Origin: an uncultured Acidobacteriota bacterium
Lineage (GTDB): Bacteria > Acidobacteriota > Vicinamibacteria > Vicinamibacterales > UBA8438
NCBI GenBank assembly: GCA_913043225.1
Contig: CAJWLU010000007.1
Location: 81,193 to 145,192, forward strand
Length of the DNA: 64,000 nt
Direction: 5' to 3'
The notes under the pieces were generated by a model that saw only the letters and a program-made list of their open reading frames with translations, was not told where the DNA came from and did not search any database. The position numbers and the translations under genes were made by a program. The first letter of the stretch is position 1, and each line of letters begins with the position of its first letter. Positions 29,683 to 38,737 of the stretch are shown here, piece after piece.

Positions 29683-30171
29683 ATGCGTCTAGTCGACATT
29701 CTCTTGCCCGAGTACGATCGCGAGATCGAGGCGACGGCAGCTACCCTGTCTCAGCTGCCCGGCGACGGCCTTGGCTGGCGCCCAGAACCGGCTGCCCGCA
29801 GCGCAGGCGAGCTGATCTCCCACCTGGCCGAGATCACACTGTGGGCGGACCCTATCTTGCGAAAGGACGAGATCGACCTCGATGACCGCCGACTGCTCAC
29901 CGCGGCCGCGACACTCGCCGAGGCCCAAACCCAGTTTCAGACAGCGGCCGCGGAAGGTCGAAGAGCGCTGGTCGAGAGGATCGACAGCGAGCTGACGGCC
30001 GATTGGACACTAGCGCGCGGCGGGACAACGCTCTTTGTCGTGCCCCGCGTCACCGCGCTCCGAGTCCTGGTCCTCAACCATCTCATCCACCATCGGGGAC
30101 AGCTCACCGTCTACCTCCGCTCGCTTGGCGCCTCGGTCCCACCGCTATACGGACCTACCCGACAGAGGTAA
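29683..30171 (+). CDS. DinB family protein
   Basis: HLAE and NHLIHHRGQLTVYLR motifs. Confidence 0.88.
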   Translation: MRLVDILLPEYDREIEATAATLSQLPGDGLGWRPEPAARSAGELISHLAEITLWADPILRKDEIDLDDRRLLTAAATLAEAQTQFQTAAAEGRRALVERIDSELTADWTLARGGTTLFVVPRVTALRVLVLNHLIHHRGQLTVYLRSLGASVPPLYGPTRQR

Positions 30172-30263
30172 CCTGCACATATCTGCACACGTCTGCACGG
30201 CAAGCGCTGTTCCTGGTATTCAACGGCGCGGGACCCAGCTCCGTCCGGTCGATAACACGATGG

Positions 30264-31796
30264 ATGGTGCGCCGCCCGATCCTCGCCACGCTCGGTCTGA
30301 CGCTCTTCTGCGCCCTGGCCACGCTCAACGTCGGTGGCTATCGCTACGGGGTGCAGGACCAGTCCTTCTACATTCCGTCGATTCTGCAGGCGCTCGACCC
30401 CACGCTCTACGAACGCGACGCGCCGCTACTCGGTGCCCAGGGCGTGTATTTCATTTTTGATGAAGCGATCGCGTCCCTGCTGGCAGCCACGGGCCTCAGC
30501 CTGCCGACGCTGTTCCTGATGCTGTTCTTCGCAAGCCTGGCGCTGCTTGCCGGCTCCACCGCTGCGGCAGGCTGGAGCCTGTATCGCTCACGGTGGGCTG
30601 TGGCCGTGCTGGTACTGGGACTGACGCTCCGTCACAGAATCTCGATGACCGCCGTCAACACGCTCGAAGGCTATCTGCATCCCAGAATGCTAGCCTTCGC
30701 GGTCGGTGTCACCGCCCTAGCCCTCTTCCTGCGAGGGCGCTCCTGGATGGCTCTAGGAGTCGCCTTGGCCGCGGTCTCACTCCACCCCACCATCGCCGCA
30801 TGGTTCCTACTACTGTTGGGGGTTGCCGTGCTGGTGGGAGATCCCGAGGCCCGACGACCGCTGCTCAGAATCGGACTGGCGTTGGTACCGGTCGCACTCT
30901 GGCTGGTTGTCGACCGCCTAGGCGACCGGCTCGTCATCATGGACGACACCTGGCTGGCCTTGCTGGCCCACAAGTCCTATCTCTTCTCCACCCGCTGGCC
31001 GATCTCGGCCTGGGTGGCCAACCTCGGCACCGCCGCCCTACTCGCCAGTATTTACCTGTACCGACGCCGGCTGGCACTAGTCTCACCCCGGGAGACAGGG
31101 CTCGTCTGCGGTTGCGGCGCACTCCTGCTGTTCTTCCTGGTGACGCTCCCATTCGTCGACATGGGACTGGCGCTGGCCGTACAGTTGCAGATTGGTCGCA
31201 TCTTCTGGCTAATCGACCTGCTCGCACTCGCGTCGCTCGCCTGGCTGGTAACCGCGCCCGAACACTGGCCGGTCCGCGTCCAGTCTCGGCAGCTGGCCCG
31301 ACAGATGGCCGTCGCCGTGGTGCTGGTCGCAACCGTGGCAAGGGGCACCTATGTGACCTTCATCGAGCACCCCGAGCGCCCCGTCATTGCCTTGCACGAC
31401 ACCTCGGACGACTGGGGTCGCACGATGCACTGGCTCACATCGACACCGTCAGACACCCATGTGCTCGCCGACCCGGCCCACGCCTGGCGCCACGGCACGA
31501 GCGTACGGGTCGCTGGGCAGCGCGACCTGTTCCTCGAAGAGGTGAAGGACCCGGCGCTGGCCATCTACTCTCGAGAGATAGCCCAGCGGGTACTAGACCG
31601 CGTCGAGGACCTCGGCCCGTTCGAGACCCTGACCGCGACCAACGCGACGCATCTGGCCAGAAAGTATGATCTCGATTATCTTGTGACCGACCGTGCGCTG
31701 GGGTTGCCGCTGGCCTACCGCGCCGGTCAGTTCCGGGTCTACCGCCTGCAGCCGTTCCCGGCCGCAGTCGGATCACTCGTCGCCAGCCTCCGATAA
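30264..31796 (+). CDS. Polytopic membrane protein (DUF6798-like, possible GT-C-type transferase)
   Basis: Many TMs, GYRYGVQDQSFYIP, EGYLHPR and LHP motifs, soluble C-terminal tail. Confidence 0.65.
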   Translation: MVRRPILATLGLTLFCALATLNVGGYRYGVQDQSFYIPSILQALDPTLYERDAPLLGAQGVYFIFDEAIASLLAATGLSLPTLFLMLFFASLALLAGSTAAAGWSLYRSRWAVAVLVLGLTLRHRISMTAVNTLEGYLHPRMLAFAVGVTALALFLRGRSWMALGVALAAVSLHPTIAAWFLLLLGVAVLVGDPEARRPLLRIGLALVPVALWLVVDRLGDRLVIMDDTWLALLAHKSYLFSTRWPISAWVANLGTAALLASIYLYRRRLALVSPRETGLVCGCGALLLFFLVTLPFVDMGLALAVQLQIGRIFWLIDLLALASLAWLVTAPEHWPVRVQSRQLARQMAVAVVLVATVARGTYVTFIEHPERPVIALHDTSDDWGRTMHWLTSTPSDTHVLADPAHAWRHGTSVRVAGQRDLFLEEVKDPALAIYSREIAQRVLDRVEDLGPFETLTATNATHLARKYDLDYLVTDRALGLPLAYRAGQFRVYRLQPFPAAVGSLVASLR

Positions 31797-31799
31797 CCA

Positions 31800-32816
31800 T
31801 TGATCGCGTCCGCCTTCGTCCCACACCCACGTCTCACCAACGGACACTGGATGACCCTGTTTACTTGGGGCCGTGTCCGACACTTTCCGCGTCTGCCGAC
31901 TCCCGTCGAGCGCTATTTCGACGTCGCCGCCGACGCCCGTGTTAAAGCACACTGCTACTGGCAGGAGGAGCCACGAGCGCACCTCACGCTGCTGGCGCTT
32001 CACGGCCTGGAAGGGTCAAGTGAGGCGCACTACATGCGCGGACTCGCTGACAAAGCCTACGCCGCCGGCTTCAACGCCGTGCTGCTCAACCAGCGGAACT
32101 GCGGCGGCACCGAGGCGCTGTCGTCCGGCCTCTACCACTCCGGACTATCGGACGACCCATCTGCAGTGCTCGAGGAACTGACCGCACTCGACCGTCTGCC
32201 GGCCTTCGCCGTGGTCGGCTATTCACTGGGCGGCAACGTCGGCTTACGTCTGGCGGGCAGCTACGGCCCAACTCCGCCACCCGAGCTGCGCGCCGTCATC
32301 GCCATCTCTCCGACCATGGACCTGGCGGCCTGCGTCGATGCGCTAGAGCGTCGTTCGAACCTGGTCTACGAGTGGAACTTCGTGAGGAACTTGAAGGCGC
32401 GAATGCGGCGTAAGGCGACAGCCTGGCCAGGGAGGTTCGATCTGAGCCGACTCGCCAAGGTGCGGTCGGTCCGTGGGTTTGACGAGGAATACACCGCGCC
32501 GCACCACGGCTTCCGTAACGCCGACGATTACTACCACCGTGCCAGCAGTCTGCGGTTGATCGATCAGGTGTGGGTACCCACACTGCTCGTGAGCGCATCC
32601 GACGACCCGTTCGTGCCGCCGGAGCAGTTCTCAGATGAGCTGCTGCGGACTAACCCGTACATTACGGTCGAGGTGAGTCGGTTCGGTGGGCACTGCGGCT
32701 TCTACGCCGGCGCCTCGCCCGGATTCGACGGCTACTGGGCCGAAAAGCGAGCCATCGACTTCGTGCAAATGGCGCAGTCCGGATCGACGCGCACTACCTC
32801 GGTCACGTCTCGATGA
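31800..32816 (+). CDS. YheT-like alpha/beta hydrolase
   Basis: HGLEGSS, GYSLGG, DDPFVP and GGHCGF motifs. Confidence 0.88.
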   Translation: MIASAFVPHPRLTNGHWMTLFTWGRVRHFPRLPTPVERYFDVAADARVKAHCYWQEEPRAHLTLLALHGLEGSSEAHYMRGLADKAYAAGFNAVLLNQRNCGGTEALSSGLYHSGLSDDPSAVLEELTALDRLPAFAVVGYSLGGNVGLRLAGSYGPTPPPELRAVIAISPTMDLAACVDALERRSNLVYEWNFVRNLKARMRRKATAWPGRFDLSRLAKVRSVRGFDEEYTAPHHGFRNADDYYHRASSLRLIDQVWVPTLLVSASDDPFVPPEQFSDELLRTNPYITVEVSRFGGHCGFYAGASPGFDGYWAEKRAIDFVQMAQSGSTRTTSVTSR

Positions 32817-33079
32817 GCCGACGCGCGAAGTCGAGGCCTTTTCCTTCGTCTTCGTGTTTGAAATAGACGAACACCTAGCGACAGGCGGCGGGTCGTTCGG
32901 TCACTGTCTCGGCCCGGCGAGTCAGGTCTTCGGGCTGATCGCCCTCGTCTCGCAACAGGAAACATCCTCAGTCGGACGTGATCACCACCGGCGTGGTTAT
33001 CCATTCGCTGCAGACCACGCAGAGCGCCATCCGACGCGCCTGGAACCTGACGACGACGCTCCGTCTAACGGTACTCCAT
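32803..33079 (-). pseudogene. DUF72 family gene remnant (C-terminal part)
   Basis: ALCVVCSE..TTPVVITSD*GCFLLRDEG...ACR*VFVYFKHEDEGKG..FARRL, with in-frame stops at 32968-32970 and 32875-32877. Confidence 0.75.
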
Positions 33080-33085
33080 GGCGCG

Positions 33086-33388
33086 CTAGTCTAAGTCGAA
33101 CTCGCGCTCGGGTCTGGTGATCGGCTCTTTCTGGGCCTGGGCCAGCGCCTCTTCGAACCGCTTCGCCAGCGCGTCAGGCCGACTCTTCTCATCGCTGACC
33201 GACTGCTCGAACAACGCATCACGACGCGCAGCTTCCTCGGCCAGAATCTGCTGCGCCTGATCGAGCTGGGGCCTATCCTCGCGCGGAGGCTCCTGATGAG
33301 CGACGACCTGCCTCAGGTTGGGATCGATCGTCTGCGTACTGCCACAGCAGGGACAGACGACGTCGAACTCGGATGACAGCTTAGCCAT
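33086..33388 (-). CDS. Hypothetical protein with CPCC motif and coiled-coil tail
   Basis: MAKLSSEFDVVCPCCG...EREFDLD. Strong AAGGAGG SD. Confidence 0.8.
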   Translation of the reverse strand: MAKLSSEFDVVCPCCGSTQTIDPNLRQVVAHQEPPREDRPQLDQAQQILAEEAARRDALFEQSVSDEKSRPDALAKRFEEALAQAQKEPITRPEREFDLD

Positions 33389-33475
33389 GGAGCGCCCTCC
33401 TTGGTCACTCGACCGGTGAACGCCCACCCTCGCCACGCGGCGTCGGCCGACGAAAGACACGGCTATCATACCGTC

Positions 33476-33749
33476 ATGGGAGGTGTTCGCTTCGCCCCCT
33501 CCGTCTCGGTTCCGATTGCGCTCCTGGTCACGATGACCTGGCTGGGAGCCAACCCCCTGCGCCTTCTTTTGCTCCCGGACGCACCGCCATCGACCGGTTC
33601 GGTCTCGGTCCGGCTCGTCGATGCGATCACCGGCATCCATGTCAGTGACCTATATGAACACGTGGTGTTTCAGGAGATTACCCGGGGGAGCAACCGAGAC
33701 GACGCTGGATCTCGTGCTGAGCGCCGATGGGGGACGGCCGGCGAACTGA
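33476..33749 (+). pseudogene. Possible collapsed remnant of a secreted protein
   Basis: TATCAT -10 box 6 nt before the ATG, signal-like N-terminus, TGSVSVRLVDAITG, then frameshifted ETTLDLVLSA. Confidence 0.3.
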
Positions 33750-33770
33750 CCCGTTCACGCCGAGCCGAGG

Positions 33771-33995
33771 CTACCCTTCCTCTTCGTAGCCTTCTTCTCC
33801 GATCGGGCTAATGCGCGTCGGCGGACGGAGCGCCTCGCGGTAGTCGTAGACCGGCATGCCCTGCACGTGCAGGTTGAGGACACACGCCGGAGCCTTGCGA
33901 TCGACCACCACGATCACGGGACTGCCCTCCACCCCCTCTCGAAATGCCAGGCGGCATCCGCAGGACAACATCGCGTGGGCAAAACCCTTTAGCAT
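33771..33995 (-). CDS. Small hypothetical protein with Cys/His motif
   Basis: MLKGFAHAMLSCGC...ACVLNLHV...REALRPPTR..EEGYEEEG. GAGG SD. Confidence 0.72.
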   Translation of the reverse strand: MLKGFAHAMLSCGCRLAFREGVEGSPVIVVVDRKAPACVLNLHVQGMPVYDYREALRPPTRISPIGEEGYEEEG

Positions 33996-34110
33996 CGGTA
34001 AGACCTCGGGCGTCGGCGACGACCGCAACGAACAGCGCCCACCGACCGACGGATCATACTACAGCGCCCTCTGACAGGTACGCCATGCAACGGCCTTTCC
34101 CGCAGGACAG

Positions 34111-34138
34111 AAAAAGGCCGGCCCTCAGGGGCCGGCCT
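34111..34138 (-). terminator. Rho-independent terminator after the TlpA gene
   Basis: Minus strand AGGCCGGCCC-ctga-GGGCCGGCCT followed by TTTT. Confidence 0.8.
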
Positions 34139-34166
34139 CGATGCTCTAGCCGAACCGCGAAGGACA

Positions 34167-34721
34167 CTACAGCAGGTCGGTGATGTCCTTCTCGAACTCG
34201 TCCTTGGTGGCGATACCGGCGTGCGAACGGCATAGGACCCCTTCGCGGTCGATGAAAAACGTCATCGGCACGCCCCAGATCGGGCCAAAGGACTCCTGCA
34301 CGTCCTCCCGGTCGACACCGACCAGCATCGGGTAGTCGACGTCGTACTCGGCAGAAAACTCCTGGATCTTATCGGCGGTGTCATCAATCGACACGCCAAC
34401 GACCGCCAGGCCATCATCCCCGTACTCATCTAGGAATTCGACGAACCACGGCACCTCAACTTTGCAGGGCCCGCACCAGGTGGCCCAGAAGTTGAGCAGC
34501 ACGACTTTTCCCTTGAGGGACTCAAAGTCGAATTCCTCGCCGTTCATGTCCTGCACCTGGAAGTTGAAGTCGGCGGGCCGGGCTTCGACATCACACGCCT
34601 CAGTCGTAAATCCGGCCTCCTCTGCGTGGGCGTGCGCATGTCCTGATGACGGGTCCACAGGTAACGTCAACAGCGCCAACGCCAGGGCAGCAGTGCCAGC
34701 CATGATCCATCGCAGCGTCAT
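34167..34721 (-). CDS. TlpA/ResA thiol-disulfide oxidoreductase
   Basis: LNFWATWCGPC motif, cis-Pro GVP, signal/anchor sequence. Confidence 0.92.
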   Translation of the reverse strand: MTLRWIMAGTAALALALLTLPVDPSSGHAHAHAEEAGFTTEACDVEARPADFNFQVQDMNGEEFDFESLKGKVVLLNFWATWCGPCKVEVPWFVEFLDEYGDDGLAVVGVSIDDTADKIQEFSAEYDVDYPMLVGVDREDVQESFGPIWGVPMTFFIDREGVLCRSHAGIATKDEFEKDITDLL

Positions 34722-35190
34722 TCACTTAACTCCTACCGGCACGTTCGCGTGCCAGCCTCCTGACGATAGCGTTGCATATAGGCTACGACCTTGTCCATGT
34801 CGGCGGAGGCCTCCTGGCCCCCTGTACCCGACCGCCGCCAACTCGCAACTGTGCCGAAACACCCACAACCGGACAGAACAACGTCGCTGGCTGGGGAACT
34901 CCCTTTCACGGGCTGTTGCTAACGACGGTGGAGGGTGCCAAGCCGTCACTTTGTCCCCTTTTGTGGTCGTGTGGTCGCACGGATCGGACAGTCAGTGAGG
35001 TCACTTACGGTGCTTTCGGCCATGGACCGCTCGCCTAGCGACGGCCCCCCGGTACGCCTCTTGCTCGTCGAAGAAACATGCCTTCCGAGCAGGATCCACA
35101 TCGTTGCGACGCCCGTCATAGCTACAGTAAGATGGCTATTGGTCCTTGCCAGCTCTCCTCACACGCCGCTGGCCCTCCACGAGGTGAATC

Positions 35191-38100
35191 ATGAGTCACA
35201 CCCAGCGCTGCAGCACCGGCTTTGGCTGCTGGACGGTTGCCTGTCTCATCAGTCTACTCACAGTCAGCTGGACCGGCACCGCGTTCGCCCAGCAAGCGAC
35301 CGACTTCTTCCCGTATCCCGGGAAGAACCGAGTGAAGTATGACGACTTCGAATGGCACATCTACGAGACCGATCACTTCGAGATCTACTACTACCCTGAG
35401 CTCGAGGAGCACCTGGCGCGCGTAGCTAGCTACGCCGAAAGCGCCTATGCGCAGATCAGCGCCGACCTGACGCACGATCTGCCCAACCTGGTGCCGCTGA
35501 TGGTCTTCAAGACCCACAGCGAATTCGAGCAGCAGAACATCATCCCGGGCGCCAGCGGTGAAGGGGTAGGCGCGTTCGCCGAACCCTACCGTGGTCGGAT
35601 CGCCCTTCCGATCGACGAGCCGCCCGACCAGCTATATCGGCTTGTCGCGCACGAGCTCACGCACCAGTTCGCCTTCGACATCATCCCGCGGTCCGTGATC
35701 CGGCGAGGCATCCCGCTCTGGGTGGACGAGGGGCTGGCCGACTACATGGCCGGCGTCTGGCGCCCGAACGACCTGATGATGATCCGCGACGCGGCGCTCT
35801 CAGACATCCTGCCTGAGATGAGCAAGTTCGAGGGCTACGGCGGCTTCACTAATCTCCGCGTGGTCTACAACCTCGGGCACGCCGCTTTCGAATTCATCGA
35901 AGAGCGGTGGGGCAAGGAGGGCATCCGCCAGTTCCTGTTCTCCCTTCGGAAGACGGTGGTCGGCGGTGGCGGTGACATCTACGAGGATGCGTTCGACATC
36001 CCCGCCGAAGAGTTCGACAGCGAGTTCGAGGGGTGGATCCGTGACCGGTTCGCAGCCTATCGCGACAAGGAGCGCCCAGACGACTACGGACGCGACCTGG
36101 CGCCCGACCCGTTCGAGACCAAGTATCAGGCGATTTTCTCGGTCGAACCATCACCCACCGGCGACCTGGTGGCGGCCTACGCCCTCAACCGGAAAGAGCG
36201 CGAGGTTGACATCGTCCTGATGTCGACCGCGGACGGCGAGGTCGTAAGCAACCTGACCGACGGATTCGATCAGGACCTGGGGTTCGAGTCGATCTCCTAT
36301 TCGGTCCTGCGGTTCAACCAGGTACCGTTCATGTCCTGGTCGGCGGTGGATGACCGGCTGGCGTACTTCGTCCGCAAGGGGAAGTACCGATCCCTGGTAC
36401 TCCAAAACGTGGTGACCAAAAAGATCGAGGAGATGATCGACCTGGACACAGTCGACCAACCGGAGTCACCGGACATCTCTCCGGACGGACGCCATGTGGC
36501 CTTCTCCGCACTCTCGAACGCAGTGGGCGACATATTCGTGATGGATGTCGAGACACAGGAAATCCGGAACGTCACCGAGGACGACTTTGCCGACTATGGT
36601 CCGACGTTCTCACCTGACGGGTCGTACCTGGTCTACCTGGCACGGATCAGCGGTAACAACAAGCTGTTCAAAGTCGACCTTGAGAGCGGTGAGAAGACGC
36701 AGCTGACCTTCGGCACCTTCAACGAAGCGGCGGCCCAGTTCCTCGACGACCACACCCTGGTGTTCGCCTCGACGGCCGTGGATCCACTAACTCCAATAGA
36801 CCCGGATCTAGCCGCGAACGGAGACATCTTCAACGTCTGGACCCTCGACCTGAACAATGGCGAGCTCCGACAGTACACCGACACGGCCACCGGCAACGTG
36901 TCAACGGTGGTCCTTCCGGATGAGGACGAGACCCGGATCGCCTTCATTACCTACTTCCGCGGGGTGTATGGCCTGCACACGGTCGTGCGCGAAGAACCAC
37001 TCTACACTGCGTCAACCACCGACTACGGCGGCCCGGGCGCTAACATCGACTTCCAGGCGCCGCTCACCCACAACGTGATTGCGGCCAACGCCCGGCGCAA
37101 AGGCCGGTTCGAAAAGATGTTCCTGGACGCATCTCCACCGATCAACGTCGGGGTAACTAGCGGCGGTGACTTCCTTGGCGGCACAGCGCTGTCGTTCAGC
37201 GACGTGCTCGGCGACCAGAGCTTCCAGTTCTACGCCTATTCCATTTCGCAGTACCGCACCCTCGCCGCGTCCTACGTCAACATGAGCGGGCGGATGCAAT
37301 TCGCCCTCCAGGGCTTTTCCCAGGAAAGCTTTTTCTTTGGTACCGCCGGGTTCTTCGCACCGGCGTTCGGCTTCCTAGATCGAGACCAAGCGATCGCGGT
37401 GCAAACGGTCCGGGGCGGCAGCGCTTTCGGGATCTACCCGTTCGACCGCTTCCGACGAATCGAGCTCACCGGTGGTCTGTTTCACTTCAACGAACGATTC
37501 GATAACCAGGCGCTCGAGCAGGAAGCTCGTCTGTTTCAACAGGCCCAGTTCGGTAGCGCGGAATTGTTCCGGAACGGCTCGACCCTGCCACTCGGCGTGA
37601 ACTTTATACAGGAAACCGCCGTTTTCCGAGAGTTCGGGCCGGTATCGGGCAACATCGTGGAGGTCGGCTACTCCTATGCACCGACCATCGGCACGTCTTT
37701 CCTTGGGAAGCAAACGGTCGACGCCGACGCACGCTACTATCTCCGGATCGGTGAAACTGGTGTTCTCGCGCTCCGCGGGCGTGGCTTCAAGAGCTTCGGC
37801 GACTTCCCCGACTTTCTCTTCTTCGGTGGCAACGGGGAAATGCGGGGCTACGAGTACCTCGAGTTCATCGGACACGACGCCGGCTTTCTGAACGCCGAGC
37901 TGCGATTCCCGCTAATCGAGGCGATGCTCACGCCAATCGGCGTCCTCGGCGGCATCCGCGGAACGTTCTTCTTCAACCTCGGTGGCGCGAGCCTAGTTGG
38001 TCAGCCGTTCAAGCTGTTCTCGAACAGCCCGACGACGTTCACGCCGACCGTCGGGTACGGCATCGACCCGACCACCGGTGGGTTTATCGAGATCTTCGGC

Positions 38101-38316
38101 GACGAACAGCAGGTCTCCGGGTTCCGGCTAGTCGACGGACGCGCCTCCTACGGCATCGGTCTCCAGACCACGGTCATCGGATTCCCGGTGCACTTCGACT
38201 GGTCCTGGCGGACGCTCTTCAACAAAGACTGGGAGGATCTGGTATTCGCCTCGCGCGGAGGCAGCGCAGCCTTCCGCGATCCGCAGATCGACTTCTGGAT
38301 CGGGTATGACTTCTGA
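35191..38316 (+). CDS. Omp85-family outer-membrane protein: gluzincin-like metallopeptidase domain, TolB/PD40 beta-propeller and BamA-type barrel
   Basis: HELTH...W..EGLA motif, SPDG repeats, MRGY lid motif, NAELRFP and C-terminal FWIGYDF beta-signal. Confidence 0.82.
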   Translation: MSHTQRCSTGFGCWTVACLISLLTVSWTGTAFAQQATDFFPYPGKNRVKYDDFEWHIYETDHFEIYYYPELEEHLARVASYAESAYAQISADLTHDLPNLVPLMVFKTHSEFEQQNIIPGASGEGVGAFAEPYRGRIALPIDEPPDQLYRLVAHELTHQFAFDIIPRSVIRRGIPLWVDEGLADYMAGVWRPNDLMMIRDAALSDILPEMSKFEGYGGFTNLRVVYNLGHAAFEFIEERWGKEGIRQFLFSLRKTVVGGGGDIYEDAFDIPAEEFDSEFEGWIRDRFAAYRDKERPDDYGRDLAPDPFETKYQAIFSVEPSPTGDLVAAYALNRKEREVDIVLMSTADGEVVSNLTDGFDQDLGFESISYSVLRFNQVPFMSWSAVDDRLAYFVRKGKYRSLVLQNVVTKKIEEMIDLDTVDQPESPDISPDGRHVAFSALSNAVGDIFVMDVETQEIRNVTEDDFADYGPTFSPDGSYLVYLARISGNNKLFKVDLESGEKTQLTFGTFNEAAAQFLDDHTLVFASTAVDPLTPIDPDLAANGDIFNVWTLDLNNGELRQYTDTATGNVSTVVLPDEDETRIAFITYFRGVYGLHTVVREEPLYTASTTDYGGPGANIDFQAPLTHNVIAANARRKGRFEKMFLDASPPINVGVTSGGDFLGGTALSFSDVLGDQSFQFYAYSISQYRTLAASYVNMSGRMQFALQGFSQESFFFGTAGFFAPAFGFLDRDQAIAVQTVRGGSAFGIYPFDRFRRIELTGGLFHFNERFDNQALEQEARLFQQAQFGSAELFRNGSTLPLGVNFIQETAVFREFGPVSGNIVEVGYSYAPTIGTSFLGKQTVDADARYYLRIGETGVLALRGRGFKSFGDFPDFLFFGGNGEMRGYEYLEFIGHDAGFLNAELRFPLIEAMLTPIGVLGGIRGTFFFNLGGASLVGQPFKLFSNSPTTFTPTVGYGIDPTTGGFIEIFGDEQQVSGFRLVDGRASYGIGLQTTVIGFPVHFDWSWRTLFNKDWEDLVFASRGGSAAFRDPQIDFWIGYDF

Positions 38317-38336
38317 TCCGAAGAACGACTGAACCA

Positions 38337-38560
38337 ATGACGACCCTCGAGCCCCATGCTCCAGGGTCGTCTCCCTTCTGGACGATTTCCTGGAAAAATG
38401 GCTCTCGCCCGCAACTCAATTCGAGCTGGCGCGATACCTCGACGATTCTCACAGCTCCAGACCTACCGCCCGGCCGTCTCTCCGCTCGCTCCACGAAGAA
38501 GACCTCCTGACCGATCGTCGGTTGACGCTCAGCACTTTTCTGGGTCGGAACGAGAGTTAG
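38337..38560 (+). pseudogene. Degenerate zf-HC2 (anti-sigma-type zinc finger) gene
   Basis: Across frameshifts: RVVSLLDDFLEKWLSPATQFELARYLDD / SQLQTYRPAVSP / LRSLHEEDL...LSTFL. The HxxxCxxC ligands are missing. Confidence 0.55.
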
Positions 38561-38737
38561 ACAACTGTCGCCTGGGCTTTGGGCTTTTGGTGCTTGGCTA
38601 GGCAACCCCGAGGACCAGCCGTTCCCGGCCTGTTCTGCGCATGCTGGAGCCTGAAGCCCATCGCCGCCGGTCCGCGACGTATGGCCCAGCACGGACCTTA
38701 CGGGCTTTGGTTGTCGCTCGCGCCAAAGCCTAGACAA

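Noticed and set aside
32803..33079. Stop-codon recoding (Sec/Pyl) to explain in-frame TGA/TAG and the many TAG stops
   Set aside because: Internal stops occur only in fragments that are also truncated or frameshifted. Conserved genes such as dut end at TAG at their expected C-termini.
34739..34754. Sigma54 promoter (TGGCACG...GC) before the TlpA gene, and a similar motif near 59072
   Set aside because: GG-to-GC spacing is off by one in both cases. The first is simply a GGCACG-TTCG-CGTGCC hairpin.
34733..34830. Protein-like minus-strand fragment ASADMDKVVAYMQRYRQEAG
   Set aside because: May be another gene remnant, but no family was recognised and it is too short to support.
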